A stretch of 64,000 bases of DNA from Chthonomonadales bacterium (GCA_038211235.1 JBBQVV010000001.1:12893-76892); one strand, 5' to 3'. Numbered from the stretch's first letter, positions 1 to 10,397 are shown. The notes: generated from the letters alone by a model not told the origin. Translations and numbers: made by a program.

Positions 1-805
1 CGTATAGCACAACTGCTGCGTGAAAATAGTCCCGTGGGGTTGAAAGCTGGTCGGATCGATAGATCGCCAGGACGCGTTTAGCCCCTTTCGGTGTGGGTTT
101 CGCTGCCAGGTGAGCGAGCTCCCTGGAAACCGGTCGGCGCGCCTGTTCTAGGATCCATTTCGCGTTGGTGCGCTGCTCGACGCGGGCAGACATCGCCGGA
201 AACGCGGTGCTGTTCGCATTGAGGCCATCGCGCCGATACTCGGTGGGAGTCGGCATGAACAGATCGCGGCGCAGCGCGTCGGTCACGCTGTCCGGCTTGC
301 CGTCGTCGACGGGGTTGAGAACGGCGGCGCCGTCGATGGCGAAATGGAACTGGCTTCCAACTCGTTGTATCTTCCCGATCTTGGTGAGAAACCTGTCCTC
401 CGCAAGTGCCGCCAGATTGCCGACATGGCCCAGCATTCCGCCAACCGCGGCGAGCTCATGAGCGGTCAGGAAGTCGTCCGGCGTATCGCCGTGCTGAAAG
501 ATCAGGGCGGCCGTATCGAAATCGTCACCGGTAACAAGCTTCTCCGACTTGAGCAGTTCCAGAACGCGATCTCGACGTGCTCGATCGCGCGCCTCGACCG
601 GTTTCCACTCCTCGGCCGTAGGCGGCTTCGTGAACGTACGGTCCGCCTGATCCACCTTTGCAATCGCTCGCAGCTCGGCGCTTGCCGGTCCATCTTTCGA
701 CCGAACCTGTAGGACGATTTCCGGCTCGTGGCGACGTTCAAATCCGATGGACCTCGCGGCGCCGCAAGCCACGAGCAACAGAATTATGCAGAGTGCTGAC
801 TTCAC
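1..805 (-). CDS. Lipoprotein-like hypothetical protein, partial (C-terminal part lies beyond the left window edge)
   Basis: Absent from the ORF track because it runs off the edge. My minus-strand translation from GTG at 803-805 stays open to nt 1. It starts VKSALCIILLLVACGAARS (signal peptide + lipobox LVAC) and later reads ...FQHGDTPDDFLTAHELAAVG...AEDRFLTKIGKIQRVGSQF. It resembles a family I recall as DUF6624 (unverified). Track ORFs 165-741 are shadows of it. Confidence 0.55.
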   Translation of the reverse strand, partial: MKSALCIILLLVACGAARSIGFERRHEPEIVLQVRSKDGPASAELRAIAKVDQADRTFTKPPTAEEWKPVEARDRARRDRVLELLKSEKLVTGDDFDTAALIFQHGDTPDDFLTAHELAAVGGMLGHVGNLAALAEDRFLTKIGKIQRVGSQFHFAIDGAAVLNPVDDGKPDSVTDALRRDLFMPTPTEYRRDGLNANSTAFPAMSARVEQRTNAKWILEQARRPVSRELAHLAAKPTPKGAKRVLAIYRSDQLSTPRDYFHAAVVLY

Positions 806-1279
806 GTCTGCTCACCATTCCTCAGCCTCCTTGACCGCACTAACTCTGCCAAGGATTACAGCACCGCTTTGCCGCCTTCAAGATCCATCCTGCCCCAACT
901 ACGATGTCTAATCCTCATTACACATCGCTTCTAACTGACAACAGTTTACCATAGCCACGAAACACGCCTAAGATTCGGATGGCGTTTCGATTCAACGCAA
1001 ATGACAATCCCCGATGTTTATTTACGACATTGGCGGCCCATCTCTAAGGGCGTCGGGCAAGCCTGGACGACGACGATATCGAAATGACCTGGAATGCCTT
1101 CCGACTGGATACCAGGCCCTCATACGAAACATCGTAACTGTCGAATGCTCGCATCGTGACTGAATCCGCGGCGCCCGTTATACGTGAAGAAGGAATAGTG
1201 ATCTCTAGGGCGAACTCGAATAGTGAGCGGGCCGGAATGGTAGTATCGCGCGCCGTTAGATGGAAAGGATCATCTCTGA

Positions 1280-2488
1280 ATGGCATCTCACGGAAACAGT
1301 CGGGTTGTCGTGACGGTTGGAGTTCACGACGGCGACATTCGAGGCTGCGACAACCGCGCTCTGCAGGCCGCGGTCGAATATGTGGCGAACCTTGGCGGCG
1401 GCGTGGTGGAGATAGGCGTGGGCGAGTATCTCATGCGCGACTCGCTGCATCTGCGATCGCACGTGACCATTCGCGGCCAGGGCGAAAGGACGGTGCTCAC
1501 GAAAGCCAAGTCGCACTCGTCGCTTCTTTTCCTGGACGGCGACTACGGCGAAGAGCAGTTCACGGTGACGGAACCGGACGGATTCGCAGTGGGTGACGGC
1601 ATCGCGGTATGGGACAAGAACGCGGGGGGATTTCACACCACGGTCGCGAGGATCCTCGGTCGCGAGGACGACACCTTTACGATCAGTCTGCCGTTGAACT
1701 CCGATTGCATGGTGGATAACGGCGCCCAGGCAGCGAGTGTGTACCCAGTCTTGAGTGGTTACCACCTGGAGTGTGCGCGCGTTGAATGCCTTACAATCGA
1801 CGGCAATCGTGATGAGAACGTCGCGCTGAACGGGTGTCGCGGCGGCGGGATTTTCCTGTACCGCTGTCCGGGCACGGTCATCGAACGATGCACCACACGG
1901 CGGTATGCCGGAGATGGGATCAGCTTTCAGCAGAGCGACGATGTGATCGTTTCCGACTGCGTGAGCGAGGACAACGCGGCGCTCGGACTTCATCCCGGAA
2001 GCGGGTCGCAGAATCCGATCGTCCGCCGCTGCGTCGCACGTCGGAACGGCGACGATGGCCTCTTCCTCTGCTGGCGCGTGAGACACGGGCTCTTCGACGA
2101 GAATATCCTGGAAGATAACGGCCGATTCGGAATATCGATCGGGCACAAGGATACGGATAATCTGCTGAGAAACAATAAAATTCGTGGGAACCACTCCGAC
2201 GGCATCTTCTTCAGGAACGAGAGCGAGCCGATGGCTGCCCACCGCAATCGCCTGGAGGCCAACCTGATCGAGAACAACGGAGTTGAGCGCTCAGTCGCCG
2301 GGATTCGGGTCCGCGGTGCCACGCATGATCTGGTCTTCAGGGACAACGTGATACGCGACACGCGCGAAACCAATGAACGCCGGCAAGAGGTCGGAATCCT
2401 GCTCGAGGAACTGGTTGGCTGTGTGGACATGGAAGGCAACACGGTCGATGCGGCCACCACGCTCGATGACAGGCGGCAGACGCGCTGA
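1280..2488 (+). CDS. Right-handed parallel beta-helix repeat protein
   Basis: 402-aa track ORF. Successive PbH1-like turns are visible (GDGISFQQSDDVIVSDC, NAALGLHPGSGS, GDDGLFLCW, GRFGISIGH, SDGIFFRN). GGAAAGGA lies about 12 nt upstream of the ATG. Confidence 0.75.
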   Translation: MASHGNSRVVVTVGVHDGDIRGCDNRALQAAVEYVANLGGGVVEIGVGEYLMRDSLHLRSHVTIRGQGERTVLTKAKSHSSLLFLDGDYGEEQFTVTEPDGFAVGDGIAVWDKNAGGFHTTVARILGREDDTFTISLPLNSDCMVDNGAQAASVYPVLSGYHLECARVECLTIDGNRDENVALNGCRGGGIFLYRCPGTVIERCTTRRYAGDGISFQQSDDVIVSDCVSEDNAALGLHPGSGSQNPIVRRCVARRNGDDGLFLCWRVRHGLFDENILEDNGRFGISIGHKDTDNLLRNNKIRGNHSDGIFFRNESEPMAAHRNRLEANLIENNGVERSVAGIRVRGATHDLVFRDNVIRDTRETNERRQEVGILLEELVGCVDMEGNTVDAATTLDDRRQTR

Positions 2489-2516
2489 CTGCACCGATTG
2501 ACTGGAGGCTGCAAGT

Positions 2517-3392
2517 ATGCGCATTGCACACTGCCAGTATGAGCCGAAGAGCGGCGACTTCGACGCGAATCTCGGCAAGATGGCTGAGGGGCTACAGCAG
2601 GCGGAGGCGGATCGGGCCGAGATCGTAACGTTCCCGGAGTGCTTCCTAACCGGATATCAGGACGATGGCGACCGCGCGCGTAAGCACGCGTTCTCAGTGG
2701 CCTCGCCGCAGATGATGCGGGTCCTCGACGCGACCAGCAAGTTCGATCCGACCGTTATCATTGGGTTCAACGAGCTGCGAGGCGACGATCTCTACAACAC
2801 CGCGCTGATCGCGCATAAGGGACACCTGCTCGGAACCTACAGCAAGTGTGCCGCCTTCATGCCATTCCACAAGCAGGGTCGCGATTTCCCGGTGTTTGTG
2901 CGCGAGACGCGCCAGGACGGTCACGTTAAATTCGGAGTCATCATCTGTGCGGACGGCGGGTATGTTGAGCCGGCGAGGATTCTTGCGGTCAAGGGCGCTC
3001 GCGTGGTCTTCGCCCCGCACTATAACTATATCTCCGCTAAAGGCCTCATCTCCCACTTCATGAAGGTCCGCGCCGACCACGTCGCACGTGCCGTGGAGAA
3101 CAGTATCTTTTTCGTCCGGGGCAACAACGTCACCGTCGGAAAGGAGCAGAGCATACGAGGCTTCGAGGGTGTCGGGTACGGCGACAGCTATGTCGTGGAC
3201 CCGGACGGCGAGATCCTTGTTCGATCGCGCCGACACGTCGAGGACATCATGGTTGCAGACATCGATCCCAACAATCCGAAGCATATCGATCGTGACTGGA
3301 CGGTGGGCCGATCGGTCTGGAGCGCCAAAGAGTTCGGTCGCCTCCTCGATGATGCGGTGCGAGAGCGTGGACGAAAGGTGGCGGGCGACTAA
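2517..3392 (+). CDS. Carbon-nitrogen hydrolase (nitrilase superfamily) protein
   Basis: 291 aa. Glu/Lys/Cys signature contexts are visible (TFPECF, YSKC, VIICADGGY). Confidence 0.85.
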   Translation: MRIAHCQYEPKSGDFDANLGKMAEGLQQAEADRAEIVTFPECFLTGYQDDGDRARKHAFSVASPQMMRVLDATSKFDPTVIIGFNELRGDDLYNTALIAHKGHLLGTYSKCAAFMPFHKQGRDFPVFVRETRQDGHVKFGVIICADGGYVEPARILAVKGARVVFAPHYNYISAKGLISHFMKVRADHVARAVENSIFFVRGNNVTVGKEQSIRGFEGVGYGDSYVVDPDGEILVRSRRHVEDIMVADIDPNNPKHIDRDWTVGRSVWSAKEFGRLLDDAVRERGRKVAGD

Positions 3393-3641
3393 AGTCTCGG
3401 CCCATACGGGTAAACCTGACATCGCACTACGCCCGCACTGGTACATGCGGCGGAACCGATTGCCAAGATCTGTTCATTGCGCGAGGAAACTAATCCCGGC
3501 GGCCGCCGTAACACTTGCAATTCATAGTCATCGGGCGATCATCAACGCTCGCGGTACGGTTAGAACACTCGATGTATCCGCTCGGATCTCTCGGTTTCGA
3601 TGAGACCGAATTTGCTCATCAGATTGGCAAGGGGAGGAGAA

Positions 3642-4889
3642 ATGACTATCACGCCAGGCATCAGCCCGCACGCCGCCAACGACCTGGCTGACGTAGCGGT
3701 GTTTCCAGTACGGGTGAGTGAAAATGGGCGGTACATCGTCGATCAGAACGGCCGGCCGGTATTCTGGCTCGGCACGACGCAGTGGCAGCTGTTTCGTGAT
3801 ATCACGCTGGAGGAGGCGACGACGGTAATCGACCGGACGAGAGCCAACGGCATGATTTTCATCCAGTCAATGCTCGCGGGAGTCGGAGACGGCACGAAGC
3901 CCAGCATTCACGGCGAAAAGGTATGGCTCGATGACGATGCGCTCACGCCAAACGAGGCGTATTTCCGAAACGTAGATGCTGTAATTCGGAATGCAGGTGA
4001 CAGGGGAGTGATCATCTCGCTGACTCTCTACCATCAGCGGTATCGGAAGATCATCACGGAGCAGAACGCCAGGCGTTGGGAAGAAATTGCGACTCGGTAC
4101 CGAGACGCGCCCAACATCGTCTGGTCGATGACTCCCGAGGCGAAGGATGAGTTTGTGCCGGTAATACGAGAACTTGCCGAGGGCCTGCGCGAAGGCGATG
4201 GCGGCCGGCATCTCATCACATTCAAGCCGGACCCCTCGCCCTATTCATCCAGTTTCATGCATACGGAGCCATGGCTCGACTTCAATTCGATGCAGACATG
4301 GGCCGACGTCCAGCTGATCACTCCAATGGTCGGCAACGACTACGGCTTGAAACCGGTGAAGCCCGTACTGATGGCCGAGGGCGCTTACGAGGCCGGTACC
4401 GAGTATGGTTTCGACGTGACCCCGCTGTGGGTGCGGAGGCAGGCGTACTACTCCTTCCTTCTTGGCGCTCACCATACCTACGGGCATAACGACAGCTGGC
4501 GAGTACTTCCCACCCGCGTTGAGACGCTGGACGCGCTGGGGGCGGTGCAGATGGGCGTGCTCAGGCAAATATTCCAGAACCTCGACGAGTGGTGGTTTCT
4601 GGTGCCGGACCAGAGCGTACTTGCTGAGGGAGGCAAGACGGACGGCAGGGTCCTGAACCTGGCGGCGCGCCACCAGGACGGTAAGTGGGTGATGGCCTAT
4701 CTCGCCGAACCGGCAACGGTTGCAATCGATATGGCGACGATCGCGGGCGCGGACCACGCCAGAGCGCAGTGGATCAATCCATCAACCGGTTCTCCTCAGG
4801 CCATAGGCGAATTCCCAACAAGTGGGACGCAGACCTTTAAGACTCCCGCGAGCTGGGAGGATGCGGTGCTGGTCATCGAGCGTGTGTAG
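3642..4889 (+). CDS. DUF4038 / GH140-like glycoside hydrolase (apiosidase family) with C-terminal beta-sandwich
   Basis: The in-frame ATG at 3642 follows GGGGAGGAG. The N-terminus VRVSENGRYIVDQNGRPVFWLGTTQWQLF and the tail DGKWVMAYLAEP...AQWINPSTG...FKTP match my memory of DUF4038 plus the collagenase-type binding domain. A paralogue lies at 32582. Confidence 0.7.
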   Translation: MTITPGISPHAANDLADVAVFPVRVSENGRYIVDQNGRPVFWLGTTQWQLFRDITLEEATTVIDRTRANGMIFIQSMLAGVGDGTKPSIHGEKVWLDDDALTPNEAYFRNVDAVIRNAGDRGVIISLTLYHQRYRKIITEQNARRWEEIATRYRDAPNIVWSMTPEAKDEFVPVIRELAEGLREGDGGRHLITFKPDPSPYSSSFMHTEPWLDFNSMQTWADVQLITPMVGNDYGLKPVKPVLMAEGAYEAGTEYGFDVTPLWVRRQAYYSFLLGAHHTYGHNDSWRVLPTRVETLDALGAVQMGVLRQIFQNLDEWWFLVPDQSVLAEGGKTDGRVLNLAARHQDGKWVMAYLAEPATVAIDMATIAGADHARAQWINPSTGSPQAIGEFPTSGTQTFKTPASWEDAVLVIERV

Positions 4890-4907
4890 AGGTGAATTGT
4901 AACGATC

Positions 4908-6872
4908 GTGGGAACGCGAATGCACTTGTCCGGACCAACCAGAAACGAGCTGCTATACGGAAGTTCGGTTGCGCCGCCCGAGCAGACTCCTTTGCGCGCC
5001 GGGCCGTTATCGCTTGTCTTCGAGGAAGGTGACCTGCGTCGTGTCTGTATGGGCCGACAGGAGATACTGCGCCGCGTCTACGCCGCGGTCCGTGATAAGA
5101 ACTGGGCCACGGTAACGCCGACCCTTTCCAATCTGAAGGTAGATCGGTCCGCCGACTCGTTTCACGTCGCCTACGACATGGCGAGTCGCGGGGGCGAAAT
5201 CGACTTCTCCTGGAATGGAACCATTGATGGCAGTTCGGACGGTACAATCGTGTTCACGATGGATGGCCAGGCTCGTTCGACGTTCCTGCGCAGTCGTATC
5301 GGCTTCTGCCTGCTGCATCCGGCGGAGTGCGCCGGCAGCCGCTGCCTGATCGAGCACGATGACGGCACGATGTCCGACGTCGTGTTTCCGGAGTACATCG
5401 TTCACGATCAGCCCGTGCCGCACTTCGCTTCGATCCGCGCGATGACGCAGGAGATCGCATCCGGCGTAAAGGCGAGGATCGAGCTTGAGGGCGACCTCTT
5501 CGAAATGGAGGATCAGCGCAACTGGACGGACGCCTCCTTTAAGACGTTCTGCACGCCACTCCACCTGCCGATTCCAGTGGAGGTTCCGGCCGGTACTCGA
5601 ATCCGTCAGCGGATTACACTGCGTCTGTTAAGGGACATGTCCGGCTTGCCACCGCCAAAGGGTGCCTTCATTGCGAGGGCGCCTACAGTGGAAGCCATCC
5701 GCGTTATGCCGGCGGACCGACCCGCAGGGCCACTCCTGGCAATCGGACTGGGACTTTCCAGTCTCGCCGCCGAAACCAGTATGCAGCAGCGGGAGCGCCT
5801 TAGGGCGCTCCATGCAGCCCATCTCCGCGTCGACCTGCGAGTCGCAACCGATTTCTGGCAAGTTGATCTGGAACGCGCCATAATCGAGTCGACCTCACTT
5901 GGCGTGCCGCTGGAGATCGCGCTGCTTCTTCCGGATGCACCCCTGTCGACGCTGCGGGAAGTGCGCACGAAGCTCGACGCGCTCCATCCCACTGTCGTCC
6001 GCTGGCTGGTCCTGCCCGATCTGGAGCAGCTCGGGCGGAAACCTCATCACGCCGACCTGCTGAAGGCCGCGAGAGAGGCGCTAGCCGACTATTCGCCCGC
6101 CGTCCCATTTGCCGCCGGAACTAACTCCGATTTCATCTTTGCCAATCGGTATCCGCCACCTCAAGATGACGCCCATGCAGTAACATTCTCGATCAACCCG
6201 CAGGTGCATGCCTTCGACAATGCCTCAATGATGGAGGCCTTGGGCGCGCAGGCGATGGTCATTGTAAGCTCGCAGCGGCTGGCGGGCGGCAAGCCTGTAT
6301 CGGTCAGTCCCGTGACACTGCTTCCGCGCATCAACCCCTATGCGGCCGCGCCGCTGCCGTGGTCGCCGCCGCCGGCCGATCCACGCCAGCGATCGCTTTT
6401 CGCGGCGGCATGGACGCTCGGAAGCGTAAAGCACCTGGCGGAGAGCGGGGCGGCATCCGTGACCTATTTCGAGACGATCGGCCCCGGAGGCGTGCTGGAC
6501 GGTGCAGCGGTCTTCCCGCTCTTCCACGTGCTCGCGGACATTGGTGAGTTTGGCGGCGGCCTGGTTCAGCCGACGGTCGCGAGTGATCTCATGAAGGTCG
6601 CCGGTCTGATGGTGCGCAGGGCGGAGCGATGCCGGTTGCTCCTGGCCAACCTGACTTGCGAACGGCAGCGGGCGGCCGTCGAGAACGTTAGCGGAGCCGT
6701 CGAGACGCGGGTGCTCGACGAAACGAATGTGCTGGATGCGATGCACTCGCCGGAAGCGTATCGCGCCGCGAAGGGCGAGCAGACGGAGAGCGAGGGTGAG
6801 CTTTCAATAACGCTGCTGCCCTACGCGGTAGCGCGGATCGACTGGAAGGACGGACAGTTCCCTCTCCCTTGA
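4908..6872 (+). CDS. Hypothetical protein, 654 aa
   Basis: Long ORF with neighbour-like codon bias, 19 nt after the GH140-like gene. I recognised no motif. The start could be the ATG at 4920. Confidence 0.65.
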   Translation: MGTRMHLSGPTRNELLYGSSVAPPEQTPLRAGPLSLVFEEGDLRRVCMGRQEILRRVYAAVRDKNWATVTPTLSNLKVDRSADSFHVAYDMASRGGEIDFSWNGTIDGSSDGTIVFTMDGQARSTFLRSRIGFCLLHPAECAGSRCLIEHDDGTMSDVVFPEYIVHDQPVPHFASIRAMTQEIASGVKARIELEGDLFEMEDQRNWTDASFKTFCTPLHLPIPVEVPAGTRIRQRITLRLLRDMSGLPPPKGAFIARAPTVEAIRVMPADRPAGPLLAIGLGLSSLAAETSMQQRERLRALHAAHLRVDLRVATDFWQVDLERAIIESTSLGVPLEIALLLPDAPLSTLREVRTKLDALHPTVVRWLVLPDLEQLGRKPHHADLLKAAREALADYSPAVPFAAGTNSDFIFANRYPPPQDDAHAVTFSINPQVHAFDNASMMEALGAQAMVIVSSQRLAGGKPVSVSPVTLLPRINPYAAAPLPWSPPPADPRQRSLFAAAWTLGSVKHLAESGAASVTYFETIGPGGVLDGAAVFPLFHVLADIGEFGGGLVQPTVASDLMKVAGLMVRRAERCRLLLANLTCERQRAAVENVSGAVETRVLDETNVLDAMHSPEAYRAAKGEQTESEGELSITLLPYAVARIDWKDGQFPLP

Positions 6873-6897
6873 GGGAGAAGGTAGTGTGAGGGTGGGA
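6860..6897. repeat. REP-like element CCCTCTCCC-loop-GGGAGAAGG...TGAGGGTGG overlapping the stop codon of the upstream gene
   Basis: Sequence TCCCTCTCCCTTGAGGGAGAAGGTAGTGTGAGGGTGGG. The internal stem is CCCTCTCCC / GGGAGAAGG with one mismatch. Related copies lie at 6989-7030 (inverted) and 22071-22122. Confidence 0.6.
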
Positions 6898-6988
6898 CTT
6901 GCGACACAATGCGGCCGCCTACCTTGTCGCCGATCCGCGCTGGATGTACGTCGTGTCAATCATGAAAACGGCCGGAGTCCGAGACTTT

Positions 6989-7030
6989 TCACCCTCATCC
7001 CCGGCCCTACTCCCCGTGGGAGAATGGAGC
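6989..7030. repeat. Inverted copy of the same REP-like element
   Basis: TCACCCTCATCCCCGGCCCTACTCCCCGTGGGAGAATGGAGC. Its reverse complement has the same order (xTCTCCC, loop, GGGAGxxGG, spacer, TGAGGGTGA) as 6860-6897. Confidence 0.55.
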
Positions 7031-7183
7031 GAGTGCGATCGATTGTGCACAATATGGCGGCCTGAGGCTTAAGCAAATTGAAAATGAGAAACGCGAACAT
7101 CGAGTTTCGCAGATACACATGACTAGATTCGCAAGACAGTATGGAACTTCACGACAGGTGGCGGCCATACGGACGGAGACAAG

Positions 7184-8302
7184 TTGACAGACGAACCGAG
7201 AGATCGTTACTCTTCCGCAATCGGCAGCCCAAAGAGCGAACTGCCGACGCCGTCCTTGCTGCTGGATCTGGAGGTGCTAAAGCGCAATATCGCGGTCGCA
7301 GCCGAGCGGCTAGATGGCGCGGTGGCGCTGCGCCCGCACGCAAAGTCGCACAAATGCGCCCAGATCGCAAGACTACAGATTGCCGCCGGTGGAGTTATCG
7401 GCATCACGACGGCCACGCTTAGGGAAATCGTGGCGCTTCGAAACGCGGGCCTTACGGAAGTCTCCTATCTCATTGCAAATGAGGTAGGCGGACCCGAGAA
7501 GTGCAGGCAGCTTGCCGAGGCAGCACGGGAGGCGAGCATCCTCGTGGCGGTCGATGAGGCGGAAAATGCCGAGCAGTTGTCGACCGCGGCGAGGAACGCC
7601 GGCAGTGAGATTGGCGTGCTGGTTGACGTAGACACCGGCATGAACCGGTGCGGCGTCCGCTCGCCGAACGACGCGCGGCGGGTCGCCGAGACGGTCGCAC
7701 GCCTGCCCTGCCTGCGGCTCCGTGGCGTCACGCGATACGAGGGTCACTGCGCTCTGGAGCCGGATCGCGTAATTCGAACAGCAAAGGCAGGCATCGCAAT
7801 GACCTACCTCGCGAGCGTTTCGGACGGTCTGCGTGCGGCCGGGTTTCCGATCGAGATTGTCTCCGCGGGAGGTACGGGAACGTGGGATATCACCTGCAAT
7901 ATGGCCGGCGTTACCGAGCTGCAGATGGGCTCGTATGTCTTCCTGGACGCTGCACGCGCGGAATATGTAACAGGACTTGACTGTGGTTTGGCGGTTTTGG
8001 CCACGGTAGTCAGTCGGCAGCGCGGAACCCTCATACTCGATTCGGGACGTAAGACCTTAAGCGGCGAGGTGCATCCGCCCACGATTGCGGGTTATCCGCC
8101 TGAACAGATCAAGGTGCGAGGACTTGCCGAGGAGCACCTGCTGTGCGACGTGACCGATGACTGCCCGCTCAAGGTCGGCGATACGGTCGAGGTCACTCCA
8201 GGCTATGCGCCGCTGACGGTCAACCTGCACGAGGTCTATCACGTGGTTCAGGATGGCGTGACCGTGGACGTATGGCCAATTCTTGCCCGTGGCGCTGGAT
8301 GA
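7184..8302 (+). CDS. DSD1-family PLP enzyme (D-serine dehydratase / D-threonine aldolase-like, alanine racemase N-terminal fold)
   Basis: 372 aa. PLP-lysine context ALRPHAKSHKC, with a typical LLLDLEVLKRNI N-terminus. Confidence 0.8.
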   Translation: MTDEPRDRYSSAIGSPKSELPTPSLLLDLEVLKRNIAVAAERLDGAVALRPHAKSHKCAQIARLQIAAGGVIGITTATLREIVALRNAGLTEVSYLIANEVGGPEKCRQLAEAAREASILVAVDEAENAEQLSTAARNAGSEIGVLVDVDTGMNRCGVRSPNDARRVAETVARLPCLRLRGVTRYEGHCALEPDRVIRTAKAGIAMTYLASVSDGLRAAGFPIEIVSAGGTGTWDITCNMAGVTELQMGSYVFLDAARAEYVTGLDCGLAVLATVVSRQRGTLILDSGRKTLSGEVHPPTIAGYPPEQIKVRGLAEEHLLCDVTDDCPLKVGDTVEVTPGYAPLTVNLHEVYHVVQDGVTVDVWPILARGAG

Positions 8303-8316
8303 GAGGAGGGCTCCTG

Positions 8317-9075
8317 ATGCGATTTGGCGGCAGGGTCGCGCTGGTCACCGGAGGCGCACAGGGCATTGGCCGCGCCGCCGCGGAGGCGCTCATGGCGGAG
8401 GGAGCCCATGTCGTACTGTTCGATCAAAACGAGCAAGCGGTCCAGTCCGCTGCCCGTGAGATCGGCGCGCTTACGGTGATTGGCGATGTAGCCGTTCGCG
8501 CTGACGTTCATCGTGCCGTGACTACCTGTACGGAGAGCTATGGACGGCTGGACATCCTGGTCGCCAACGCAGGAGTTACCGATGCGCAGCCGCTCCTGGA
8601 GGTCGAGGATGACCGCTGGAAGCGAGCGCTCGATGTAAACGTCACCGGGACGTTCCTGTGCGTTCAGGAGGCCGGCCGTGCAATGCGTGCACACGGCGGC
8701 GCAATCGTCGTGACGGCCTCAACGAACGCCTTTTACGTCGAAACTAACCTCGCGGCGTACAACACCTCGAAGGGCGGTGTCATGGCCTTCGTCCGATCGG
8801 CTGCCATCGACCTCGCGCCGCTGGGGATCCGGGTCAACGCGGTTCAGCCTGGCGTGGTCAACACGCCTTTCGCGGCCATTCTCCTCGACAACCCGGACGA
8901 GGCGGCGGACTATAAGAAGCACATACCGCTCAATCGCTTCGCGGAGCCGGAGGAGATTGCGCGCGCCATTCTCTTCCTGGCCTCCGACGAGGCGTCATAC
9001 ATCACCGGCCAGGGCCTCATTCTGGACGGCGGCCTGACGCTCGGAATTGCACTGGTCTTGCCTCCCGGCGGGTAG
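8317..9075 (+). CDS. SDR-family oxidoreductase
   Basis: The ATG at 8317 follows GAGAGGAGGG. Motifs VALVTGGAQGIGRA, NAG and YNTSK (YxxxK) are present. Confidence 0.9.
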   Translation: MRFGGRVALVTGGAQGIGRAAAEALMAEGAHVVLFDQNEQAVQSAAREIGALTVIGDVAVRADVHRAVTTCTESYGRLDILVANAGVTDAQPLLEVEDDRWKRALDVNVTGTFLCVQEAGRAMRAHGGAIVVTASTNAFYVETNLAAYNTSKGGVMAFVRSAAIDLAPLGIRVNAVQPGVVNTPFAAILLDNPDEAADYKKHIPLNRFAEPEEIARAILFLASDEASYITGQGLILDGGLTLGIALVLPPGG

Positions 9076-9082
9076 CGGGCGA

Positions 9083-9976
9083 CTAAAGCCCGAGAGTATC
9101 CAGCGCCAGTTCGGTCAGCAGGCGCTGCCCGCGTATGGTTGGGTGGACGTCGTCCCAGAACAGAAATCGCTTTGCAGCTCTCTCGGATACAAGGATCGCC
9201 TGGTCGCTAACATCCGTCAGCTCATATGCGCCTGGGTTCGCACGGATGGTGCGGACCAGGGAGTTGACGTCCATCAGGTAAAATGTGCCCGCAGGATGCT
9301 CCAACTGCAGGTTGTAGAGGGCTCCCGCCAAAATTGCGTTGTGGACTGCGGTCAGATAGTTCAGGCCGCCCCGGGTAACGGGGTCCAGTACAAGCGTTCC
9401 CGGCAGCGTGTCCAGATCGGGCAGATTCGGTACCAGGAAGGTTGTCGCGCCCTGTGCCGCAAGCGCCTCGATCTCGTCGGTCAGATTTGTGACGACGGCA
9501 AACGGGTTTGGCGGGCCGAGAAGATAGTTGTTGTTGAGATAGTCGTTGGCGCCTCCCCACAAAATGTACAACGCCTTCGAATCCAAGTGCCGGTGCTCCC
9601 TGATATAGCTGCCGACCGATGTCTGCATTCCAGGTGTGCCCGGAATGAACCCGAGCAGGTCGAACAGGTTCCTGGCGTCTGTAAACGCGCCGGCAAACGC
9701 ATGGTCGTCCAGTCTGACCCTAAGGTCCGCCGCTAATCCTTCCACCCATAGGGGACCATTGGAAAACCGCCCGTGAAAGTAGGGAGGCGGCGGAAAGGTG
9801 TTTCCGGAGAGCCGGTAAAGATTGCCGTTGTCCGATAGGCTATCTCCAAACACAACGACTTTCTTGAACTCCTGGCCCCGCGCCAACATTGGCGCGACGG
9901 TAATGATGACTGCGATCGCGATCCCTGTCAGCGCCCGAAGCGCACCGTGCCGCACTAATGAAGAGACTTTCACCAT
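9083..9976 (-). CDS. Secreted SGNH/GDSL hydrolase
   Basis: 297 aa with a signal peptide. Block I VVVFGDSLSDNGN and C-terminal FWDDVHPT are present. Confidence 0.85.
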   Translation of the reverse strand: MVKVSSLVRHGALRALTGIAIAVIITVAPMLARGQEFKKVVVFGDSLSDNGNLYRLSGNTFPPPPYFHGRFSNGPLWVEGLAADLRVRLDDHAFAGAFTDARNLFDLLGFIPGTPGMQTSVGSYIREHRHLDSKALYILWGGANDYLNNNYLLGPPNPFAVVTNLTDEIEALAAQGATTFLVPNLPDLDTLPGTLVLDPVTRGGLNYLTAVHNAILAGALYNLQLEHPAGTFYLMDVNSLVRTIRANPGAYELTDVSDQAILVSERAAKRFLFWDDVHPTIRGQRLLTELALDTLGL

Positions 9977-10397
9977 GATATCCGTGTCCTCGCTTTCATA
10001 ACATGGCCCGTCCGTTGCGGATGGGACCTTAGGTGAACTGCACTCTTCGTCGATTGCAAATCGAGCGAGAAGACTACGTTGATTAACTGACCGGAATGTC
10101 CGGTATTATACGGCCGCGTCGCGGTGGGTTTCACGCTGCCGAGGCACACTCGTTGAAGCATGGTACCCTGTTCGCGCCAATTGCTCGCCATCAGTCTAAT
10201 AAGCGGCATAATTTCCGTGCCTTTCCGCGAATGAGCATGTCGGATAGCTCGGTAGTCGACCTCGTCGCCGGCTCAGAGCGCGCGTGGAGTTGGTGCGATA
10301 GGGCGCGGCGCTAACGGCGGCGGACGTAACCCAATTTCTGGATCGAGGTTCTGGATCCACATGCGTTCTTTGGCGCGAGTGGCTGCACGATGACGAA

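Noticed and set aside
165-741. Track ORFs 165-461(+), 344-712(+) and 502-741(-) at the left edge
   Set aside because: All lie inside, and out of frame with or opposite to, the longer minus-strand lipoprotein-like ORF. That ORF is missing from the track only because it runs off the window.
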